Under the pieces are notes generated by a model, which saw nothing but the letters and a program-made list of their open reading frames with translations, was not told where the DNA came from and ran no database searches. 64,000 bases of DNA from an uncultured Clostridia bacterium (lineage in GTDB: Bacteria > Bacillota > Clostridia > UMGS1810). The position numbers and the translations under genes are program-made. Every line of letters starts with the position of its first letter. The first letter of the stretch is position 1. The stretch is taken from the NCBI GenBank assembly GCA_934463165.1, contig CAKSJG010000016.1:1-64000 (forward strand), written 5' to 3'. Positions 56,968 through 64,000 of this stretch are shown here, piece by piece.

Positions 56968-58014
56968 ATTTTAAAGGATAATACAATCATTGATTCCGCA
57001 ATGGCTTCAATTGAAAACGCAATGAAAAAAACGGATTATGACGTAGACAACATGAATATATGGGAGTGGTGGTCGGGCGTATGCCTGTACGGCGTGATCA
57101 TCGCTCATGAAAAAACGGGAGACGCCAAATATACGCAGCTTCTGAAAAAATGGACGGATAAAAACATAAACGACAGGCAAAACGGTTCGGTTAACAGGGT
57201 TATACCGTGCTGCGTGCCGGATTATCTCGATTTTCTCGGCAACACAAACAAATATGACGGCGTAATTGAGGAATATGTAAATTGGTGTCTTAAAGACTCC
57301 GTACGCACGTCAAACGGCGGTTTTGCACATGTCTGGGGCCCGTCATCCGCAACAGGTCTGGAATGCGGCCCTGCCGAAGCTGCCCATCAGCTGTGGGCAG
57401 ACAGCCTGATGATGGCATGCCTTTTTATGATGAGGCGCGGCAAACGCGCATGCCCTCCGTTATTTGACGAAGCGGTAAGGCAGATAAAAATACATATTGA
57501 TGTGCTGTATAACCCTAAAGACAGACTGTGTTATCACGCATACGACTGCAAAACCGAAAAGAACCTCGGCAGATATTGGGCAAGAGGAAACGGCTGGATT
57601 GTTGCCGTTTTGGCGGAGTATCTCCGCATTGCCGATAAATCCGATGCCGATTATGAGTATTTAAAGAACGTTTTTTGCAAGATAATGGAGCGCGCTCTTG
57701 CCTTAAAGAATACCGACGGAATGCTCCGCACGGTTATTGACTGCGAAAATGCCTACACGGAAGAAAGCGGAACGCTGCTTTTCGGTTATGCCGCTCTCAT
57801 CGGCTTCAAACTCAAAATTCTCGGCGCCGAATTTTATGAATGGGCAAAGGACATCAGAGCCGGTATAGAAATGAACGAAAACGGCACCGTAAAATATATT
57901 TCCGGCGGGACAGGCCCCGACAGTCTTGAAAAATATCTCAGCGTTCCGTTCGGCGACGCGGTTTACGGAGCCGGTATCGTTATTATGTTTGTAACAGAGT
58001 ATATGAATTTATGA
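56968..58014 (+). CDS. GH88/GH105-like unsaturated glycuronyl/rhamnogalacturonyl hydrolase (YteR/UGL-like (alpha/alpha)6 barrel).
   Basis: GGGAGG RBS at 56954-56959. In-frame ATT 56968 or ATG 57001 as start; the ORF-track start at 56920 lies inside the terminator hairpin. W/Y-rich (alpha/alpha)6-barrel-like composition with 'WEWWSGVCLYG' and 'ARGNGWIVAVLAEY'. Confidence 0.6.
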   Translation: MLKDNTIIDSAMASIENAMKKTDYDVDNMNIWEWWSGVCLYGVIIAHEKTGDAKYTQLLKKWTDKNINDRQNGSVNRVIPCCVPDYLDFLGNTNKYDGVIEEYVNWCLKDSVRTSNGGFAHVWGPSSATGLECGPAEAAHQLWADSLMMACLFMMRRGKRACPPLFDEAVRQIKIHIDVLYNPKDRLCYHAYDCKTEKNLGRYWARGNGWIVAVLAEYLRIADKSDADYEYLKNVFCKIMERALALKNTDGMLRTVIDCENAYTEESGTLLFGYAALIGFKLKILGAEFYEWAKDIRAGIEMNENGTVKYISGGTGPDSLEKYLSVPFGDAVYGAGIVIMFVTEYMNL

Positions 58015-58032
58015 AAAACCGAGGGTGAAACA

Positions 58033-60003
58033 ATGAATATAAACGAGATGAAAAACTGCGGCAAATTGTTTGATTTTAATGTGATTACAAATACCGGCGA
58101 CGGAAGATGTGCCGAAAACAAGATTAAACTTTATGAAGAAACATACGGCAATGTCACCGCCGTGTTTGCAAGCGGAATGAGTGAAAATTCAGGTGATTAC
58201 GGCGAAGACGGTTCTTTTGATCCGGATAACGGAATTGTCATTAAAATGAACGCAAAAATGCCTTATGAAAGCTATGTTTCGATATATAAATACGGCGAAT
58301 TCTGGAATGAACCGAATTTCGGAAGCGACTTTGCCGAGGTTCCCGATGAAACACAGCTTCTTATTGTAAAAATGAGCGACAAAAGATACACGGTTTTGCT
58401 GCCTGTCTGCGGAGATGATTTCAAATGTGTTTTTGTCGGCGGAGATAAAAGCAATGAACTGCGGGCAAGGGTCTTTTGCTGGAAAAAGGGCGTTTATTCG
58501 TGCAACGATCTTGCCTTTGTCTGCGCTGAGGGAGAAAACCCGTTTAAATTGGTTAAGGAATGTGTAAGCTCGGCTCTGGAGGCTATGCAAAGCCCCGTAA
58601 ACACCGTAGAAAACAGAAGATACCCCGAAGTCTTTGAATATCTCGGCTGGTGCAGCTGGGACGCTATGGCGATACGCGTGTCGGAAGACGGAATTATGGA
58701 AAAGTGCAGCGAACTGAAAGAAAAATCCGTACCGATAAAATGGGCCATAATAGACGACATGTGGGCTTATATTAAAGATTTTGACGGTCGGGAATATTCG
58801 GGAAACGGCGAAATGTTTGATCTGATGCACCGCAGTGCGCTGTATGATTATAAAGCCGATCCGAAAAAATTTCCGAACGGACTTCGCGGATGTATTTCAA
58901 AAATGAAAAAATACGGACTTAAAGTCGGAGTATGGTACCCCGCAACCGGATATTGGAGGGGAATAGCCAAATACGGGCCTGCATACGAAAAACTGAAAGA
59001 CTGTCTGACAGAGCTTCCCAACGGTTATATTGTTCCCGATTGGAAAAAGAGCAATTCATACATGCACTATTCCACGGTTTTTGAATATTTAAAGAAATGC
59101 GGAGTTGACTTTATAAAGGTAGACAATCAGTCAATGACAAGAAGGTATTATTACGGACTTGAAACCGTCGGCAAGGTTGCTGGCGGATACCACGGCGGAC
59201 TTGAGGCGGCTGTCGGCGAGTTTTTTGACGGCTGCATGATAAACTGTATGGGAGCATCGAGCGAGGATATGTGGCACAGAACCTTAAGCCCCGTAACGAG
59301 AGTATCGGATGACTTCAAACCCGAAAACCGAGCTTGGTTTTTCAGGCATGTCATGCAGTGCGCGTATACCTCAATACTGCAGGGACAGTTTTATTACTGC
59401 GATTTTGACATGTGGTGGACGGATGACGGTCAGAATGAGAAAAACAGCCTGATCCGCGCCGTAAGCGGCGGTCCGGTATATGTAAGCGACAAAATCGGCA
59501 GGACGCGTGCGGATATCCTGAAACCTCTTGCATTCAGCGACGGTAAAATTCTCAGGTGCGATAACGTTTGCATGCCGACCGAGGACTGCCTCACCGTAAA
59601 TTCGCTAAACAGCGGCAAGGCATTGAAGCTGCAAAATACAGCAAACGGATGCGGAATAATGGCAGTGCTTAACGTGGACGAAAATGACGGCGCGGTTGAG
59701 GCGGAAATAAGCGGCAAAGCGGTTAACGGCTTCAATTCGGAAGATTATCTTGCCTATGAGTATTTTTCAAGAGAGGCAAAGGCGCTTAAGGGAAATGAGT
59801 CGTTTAAAATACGTTTGGAAAATAACAATGATTACAGGCTTTATATTTTTATCCCGATTAAAGACGGATACGCGCCGATAGGCAGAATCGATAAATTTAT
59901 AACTCCGAAATCGATAGAATATGTCTGCGGCAAAAATATGAAGCTTGTCGAAGACGGTCCTTATGCTTATTATGAGGGCGGAAAGCTGAGCATTGTTGAA
60001 TAG
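58033..60003 (+). CDS. GH36-clan glycosidase of the raffinose-synthase/Sip1-like subfamily (putative alpha-galactosidase).
   Basis: Motifs LGWCSWDAM, KVDNQ and CDFDMWWTDD correspond to the GWCTWDAF / KVD / PDWDMF signatures of that family. Confidence 0.6.
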   Translation: MNINEMKNCGKLFDFNVITNTGDGRCAENKIKLYEETYGNVTAVFASGMSENSGDYGEDGSFDPDNGIVIKMNAKMPYESYVSIYKYGEFWNEPNFGSDFAEVPDETQLLIVKMSDKRYTVLLPVCGDDFKCVFVGGDKSNELRARVFCWKKGVYSCNDLAFVCAEGENPFKLVKECVSSALEAMQSPVNTVENRRYPEVFEYLGWCSWDAMAIRVSEDGIMEKCSELKEKSVPIKWAIIDDMWAYIKDFDGREYSGNGEMFDLMHRSALYDYKADPKKFPNGLRGCISKMKKYGLKVGVWYPATGYWRGIAKYGPAYEKLKDCLTELPNGYIVPDWKKSNSYMHYSTVFEYLKKCGVDFIKVDNQSMTRRYYYGLETVGKVAGGYHGGLEAAVGEFFDGCMINCMGASSEDMWHRTLSPVTRVSDDFKPENRAWFFRHVMQCAYTSILQGQFYYCDFDMWWTDDGQNEKNSLIRAVSGGPVYVSDKIGRTRADILKPLAFSDGKILRCDNVCMPTEDCLTVNSLNSGKALKLQNTANGCGIMAVLNVDENDGAVEAEISGKAVNGFNSEDYLAYEYFSREAKALKGNESFKIRLENNNDYRLYIFIPIKDGYAPIGRIDKFITPKSIEYVCGKNMKLVEDGPYAYYEGGKLSIVE

Positions 60004-60027
60004 AAAGTTTGGAAAGGAATTTTTTTA

Positions 60028-61746
60028 ATGCTATATTGTAATGTTATTCATAAAATAGGTAATGTGAGTTCCGAGGGATTTACATTGGAATCTTTAAAAT
60101 TTCAGCAGGATGCGGCGCATAATCTCGGAATAAAAACAACACTTCTCATAAGCTACGGCGCTCTTTTTGACGAACGCTACACCAAATATTTTTCGGAGCA
60201 GTCTGAAAATTTCGGTGATGAAATAGGCATCAATATGCAGTTTTTAAGCGGAGAAAAATATTTGAACTTAAGCAAAACAAGAGAGCCGCAGCTGCATTTG
60301 CTCCCTTTCGGAGAGCAGAAAAAAATCGTTGAAGAACACTTTGAAAGGTTTAAAGCCGTATTCGGCTTTTATCCGAAATCCGCAGCCTTTTATTATTTGT
60401 CGTCACCGATTTTGGTATGGATGAAAGAAAAATATCCCGATTTTAAAACTGCTATCATGAATTGCTTTGAGGAAGGCATACATATGTATGACGGTAACCG
60501 CCACGGCTGGAATCTGTTTTGCGAGGGCAGCCCGTGGGGAGCATATTATCCGTCAAGAAAAAACAGCATGTGCCCGGCTTATGATAAAGACGATGCCATA
60601 GGGATTGTGGCTTTGCCGCATTTGAACAGAGACATGCTTATGGCGCATATAGGGCGCGACGACTGCTTCTCAAGTCATTCCGCAAATGTACAGCGCGGCA
60701 TGGTTAACGACGGAAAAAAATGTAAATACCTGTATGACTTTTTCAGCGAATGGGAAAAACAGAGCAATTACAACAAGGCTGTATATTATAATACGCTTGT
60801 CAGCTCGTCATGGCTTGAAGAGGGCAAGAATTTTGAAGAGACCGCCGAGGATTCGAGAGATTTATATATTCAGACGCTGAAAATTTATAAAGACAGCGAA
60901 GAGGGCGGACGCACCAAAATCTGCACGATGTCGGAATATGCCGATATACATAATAAGCTGTGCGGCTATGATACCGCAGACGTTAACCTTTGGAACGATT
61001 TGCTCATGGGCAGCAAGCGGCAGATGTTTTGGCTCTCAAGAAGTGATTACAGGCTTACCGTTGACCCGAATCTCGGCGGAGCAATTGTTGATTTAAGGCC
61101 GTATGCCGGCAGGGTTGAGGTTGTCCCCGGGCCGAACGGCGGCGCAATGTGGACGGGAAGCTATCCGTATGCCCTGCACTATTGGCACAGAGACTCATAT
61201 CATACCTGTTTTATAAACGGCGAAAATCTTTTTGAACACAGGACCACTGCCTCGGCGGAGGTAAAAGAAAACGGCGATACATATCTGACTCTGGAGCCCA
61301 CAGAGCTTGAATCAGACGGTTTTTCATTTGAAGTGCAGAGCAGGTTTGTCATAAAGAAAGACGGCAGAATATCAATCATAAGAAAAATAATTTCACCGTC
61401 GGACGCCGATAAGGAATACAGCATTAAAGAACAGTTCCGCGGCACAAAAGGAACAGGGGTATTGCCCGAAGATTATAAGGGCACAAGGCTGTATACGGAT
61501 AACGGAGGGGATGAGCTCAGCCTTACGGCAAATTATGAAGACAGAGCGATAACGTCCGATAAAGCGAGTCTTGTCGGATGCACGGTTTCCGGGCTCAACA
61601 CATCGTTTGAGCTTAGCTCCGATGATAAAAATACTGTATTTACGGCGGAGGAAGGCTATATGTTCTACCCATATTACACACTGACATGCGAGCATAAAGC
61701 TGTCAAAGCAGGGGAGGAGGTTGTGACATGGCTGACTGTAAAGTAA
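60028..61746 (+). CDS. Hypothetical cytoplasmic protein of the carbohydrate locus (unassigned, possibly a carbohydrate-active fold).
   Basis: AAAGGA RBS. 572 aa. No signal peptide and no recognised motif. Confidence 0.45.
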   Translation: MLYCNVIHKIGNVSSEGFTLESLKFQQDAAHNLGIKTTLLISYGALFDERYTKYFSEQSENFGDEIGINMQFLSGEKYLNLSKTREPQLHLLPFGEQKKIVEEHFERFKAVFGFYPKSAAFYYLSSPILVWMKEKYPDFKTAIMNCFEEGIHMYDGNRHGWNLFCEGSPWGAYYPSRKNSMCPAYDKDDAIGIVALPHLNRDMLMAHIGRDDCFSSHSANVQRGMVNDGKKCKYLYDFFSEWEKQSNYNKAVYYNTLVSSSWLEEGKNFEETAEDSRDLYIQTLKIYKDSEEGGRTKICTMSEYADIHNKLCGYDTADVNLWNDLLMGSKRQMFWLSRSDYRLTVDPNLGGAIVDLRPYAGRVEVVPGPNGGAMWTGSYPYALHYWHRDSYHTCFINGENLFEHRTTASAEVKENGDTYLTLEPTELESDGFSFEVQSRFVIKKDGRISIIRKIISPSDADKEYSIKEQFRGTKGTGVLPEDYKGTRLYTDNGGDELSLTANYEDRAITSDKASLVGCTVSGLNTSFELSSDDKNTVFTAEEGYMFYPYYTLTCEHKAVKAGEEVVTWLTVK

Positions 61747-61916
61747 TCCGATGCCCGGAATGCATGCGCCGTGATATCGACGCAGAGCTTTTTTATGATA
61801 AGAAAGATAACGAATATTATTGCGGACTGTGCTGCTACCATGCGGATGAAGAAACGGCGTTTAATGACCTGAAAAAATTTAAAACGGAAAAATATAAGTC
61901 GTATAAATATATGTAA
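61728..61916 (+). CDS. Small Cys-rich (zinc-ribbon-like) protein, translationally coupled to the upstream gene.
   Basis: ATG overlaps the last 19 nt of the previous ORF. CPEC...C..C.H motif. Confidence 0.35.
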   Translation: MADCKVIRCPECMRRDIDAELFYDKKDNEYYCGLCCYHADEETAFNDLKKFKTEKYKSYKYM

Positions 61917-61955
61917 CTTACCGATAGAATCGTCAATGCTTTGGAGGTGCGTCAA

Positions 61956-62852
61956 ATGAACGGCAAAATCAGTTTGGGAGTTGATATAGGCGGAACGTTT
62001 GCAAAATTCGGTATTGCAAACCCGCTCGGCAACGTAATATACCGCGAAAGTATTCCCACGAACGGCAAGCCGTGCGATGAGCTTATTTCGGAGATAGGAA
62101 AAAAGTGCAGCGAAATAGCGGGCTGGTATGATATTTCCTGCGTCGGCTTCGGCGTCCCGGGCAGCGTTACGGGCGATATTGTGTATACCGATAATCTTCC
62201 GTTAAAAAATATAAACTTTAAAGAAAGAATACAAAAATACATTTCTCTTCCGGTGTATGTCAAAAACGATGCGGACTGTGCTGCTCTCGGCGAGGTAAAA
62301 TGCGGAAATATCGGAGCCCGTAACCTTATAATGATAACAATCGGAACGGGTATAGGCGGAGGAATAATAACAAACGGAAAAATATACTCCGGCAGAGGTG
62401 CGGCAGGTGAGATAGGGCATCTTTCAACAGACAGAAACGGCCCCCTTTGTTCATGCGGACAGCGCGGCTGCTGGGAGCATTATGCGTCGGCGCGCGCTCT
62501 TGCAAAAAGGGCAGCGGCGGCATGCGCCGCTGATGAAAACGGCATATTAAACGACATGTATAAGGCTTCGGGCGGTGTCATGAACGGAAAAATATTTTTT
62601 GACGCGCTTGAGTCGGGATGCGAGCTTGCACATAGCGTTTTTGAAAAATATATGGACGATGTCGAGGTCGGTGTTCGCTCACTCATTAATATTTTTGACC
62701 CCGATGCCGTAATATTTTCGGGAGGTATAATGAACCGCGGTGATGTGTTTATTAAAAACCTTCGCGGCAGAATCAAAACGGATGTAAAGCTCGGCATATC
62801 TACGCTCGGGAGCGATGCCGGAATTATCGGCGCCGCGCTTTTGGAAGATTAA
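61956..62852 (+). CDS. ROK-family sugar kinase (glucokinase-like).
   Basis: GGAGGTG RBS. GVDIGGTFAKFG ATP motif. ROK zinc motif CSCGQRGCWEHY. Confidence 0.8.
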   Translation: MNGKISLGVDIGGTFAKFGIANPLGNVIYRESIPTNGKPCDELISEIGKKCSEIAGWYDISCVGFGVPGSVTGDIVYTDNLPLKNINFKERIQKYISLPVYVKNDADCAALGEVKCGNIGARNLIMITIGTGIGGGIITNGKIYSGRGAAGEIGHLSTDRNGPLCSCGQRGCWEHYASARALAKRAAAACAADENGILNDMYKASGGVMNGKIFFDALESGCELAHSVFEKYMDDVEVGVRSLINIFDPDAVIFSGGIMNRGDVFIKNLRGRIKTDVKLGISTLGSDAGIIGAALLED

Positions 62853-62980
62853 TATCTGAACACATGAAAAAAATTACCCGGCAGTTGATGTGACCCCAAA
62901 AAGTTACAGGTATATTTTGTAATTTTTCTGAGTATAATAGCTTTATCATACAAGCTATTATCGTAAAAAGGGGAGTTATT

Positions 62981-63214
62981 ATGCCGGAAAAAAAGAACGG
63001 GATGATGTATATCATACGCGAAGTGTTCAGAATGAAAAAGCCGTGCTGCGGCGATATTGTCTATCAGTCGGACAAAGTCATATCGGATTATATAGTCCGC
63101 CGCAGAAACGAGATAATAAACAAATATAACAGAAAAAAACACCCTGTTTTAAAATTTTTTGCATTTTGTCTTTTTGTCGGAGCGGCATATGCGGCATACA
63201 GATTGTTTTGGTAA
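62981..63214 (+). CDS. Small protein with C-terminal TM helix (hypothetical).
   Basis: AAAAGGGGAG RBS 8 nt upstream. 77 aa. Hydrophobic tail. Confidence 0.3.
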   Translation: MPEKKNGMMYIIREVFRMKKPCCGDIVYQSDKVISDYIVRRRNEIINKYNRKKHPVLKFFAFCLFVGAAYAAYRLFW

Positions 63215-63317
63215 AATATTTGACAATTGCCGCATGTTGTGATATGATTTGAAGTAATGTAAGCGCTTTGCGCCCGGATTTCAACAGTCGGATAAATGAA
63301 AAAAGAGGAAACGTATA

Positions 63318-64000
63318 TGATTACAAAAGCAAATGCAAAAATAAATCTTTCGCTCGATATCGTATCGAAACGTGCTGACGGATATCACGATGTGTGCATG
63401 ATAATGCAGGAGGTTGACTTTGGTGACGAAATTGAGCTTGATATCGGTGCAAAAGGAAACATCACCGTTTCATTCGATACGGATTTGACCTTAAATCCGA
63501 TGGATAATCTTGCATATAAAGCGGCAAAGATATTTTATGAAAAATCGGGCATTTGCGGCGGATGCGGCATAAAAATAAAAAAACGCATCCCTGCGTGCGC
63601 AGGTCTCGGCGGCGGCAGCAGCGACGCCGCGGCAGTGCTTAAAATGCTCAATTCTTACTATGATAATTATTTTTCGTCGGATGAGCTTTTGAAAATCGGG
63701 CTCAGCCTCGGCGCCGATGTTCCGTTTTGCATAATCGGCGGCACGGCTCTTGCGGAGGGGATAGGCGAGATACTCACTCCGATTTTAAATATGAAAGAAA
63801 AATGGGTTGCGATTTTAAAACCCGACGCGGATATATCGACGGCGCTTGCGTATTCAAAGGCGGACAGCGTGCCTTTTTCTCACCCCGATGTTAAATCCGC
63901 TGCCGCGGAAATAGCGGACGGGAGATTGGAGAGCGCATATCCGCTTTTCGGCAATGTGTTTGAAGCTGTTGCCGCGTCGGATTTTCCCGAGGTTAAACAA
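63318..64000 (+). CDS. ispE: 4-(cytidine 5'-diphospho)-2-C-methyl-D-erythritol kinase IspE, 3'-truncated by the window end.
   Basis: AAAAGAGGAAAC RBS. MITKANAKINLSLDIVSKRADGYHDVCMIMQ. GHMP-kinase motif PACAGLGGGSSDAAA. No stop before position 64000. Confidence 0.85.

Noticed and set aside
1-64000. CRISPR array, rRNA genes, or a recognisable defence system
   Set aside because: There are no spacer-repeat arrays, no rRNA-like conserved blocks, and no nuclease/helicase/methyltransferase gene pairs typical of defence islands.

Overview
This window looks like a chromosomal segment from a Gram-positive Clostridia-type genome. The evidence for that placement is SLH-domain surface proteins, many TTG/GTG starts with strong GGAGG ribosome-binding sites, and sporulation-type dcw gene order.

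Positions 1-6.3 kb hold a partial ORF, an LRR/SLH surface protein, and a tight five-gene operon of envelope proteins (lipoprotein, SPFH-like protein with C-terminal zinc ribbons, HEAT-repeat lipoprotein, two membrane proteins).

Positions 6.7-20.8 kb are a near-complete dcw cell-wall/division cluster: mraZ, rsmH, ftsL, a class B PBP, murE, murF, mraY, ftsW, murG, murA, ftsQ, ftsZ. It is preceded by a textbook MraZ operator of four AAGTGG repeats on 10-bp phase. murD and ftsA are absent from the cluster.

Positions 20.8-23.3 kb carry nrdR, a tRNA-dihydrouridine synthase, and a NusG_II/Gx-transporter pair.

Positions 23.5-26.0 kb are a self-contained minus-strand three-gene module: phage scaffold, HK97-fold major capsid, and a small protein. 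No other phage genes occur anywhere in the window. Positions 26.3-27.4 kb hold a lipoprotein gene and a PRTase gene.

Positions 27.4-30.7 kb are repeat-rich. They contain a 31-bp-stem AT-rich hairpin, nested imperfect inverted repeats, and two copies of a ~160-bp MITE/Correia-like element with palindromic TIRs. The two copies bracket a YbaK-like deacylase gene, a tRNA with anticodon CAT, and an FAD oxidoreductase gene.

Positions 30.9-62.9 kb look like a carbohydrate-utilisation locus. It contains:
- two AraC regulators, one with a membrane sensor, plus an AraC fragment pseudogene;
- a glycyl-radical enzyme, its activase, and a glycoside-hydrolase-like gene;
- an LplABC-type sugar ABC transporter with no ATPase gene;
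- four giant secreted proteins with SLH, Ig-like or beta-helix domains;
- GH88/105-like and GH36 (Sip1)-like hydrolases, and a ROK kinase.

The window ends inside ispE. All calls rest on reading the translated ORFs and the DNA by eye. No database searches were run.
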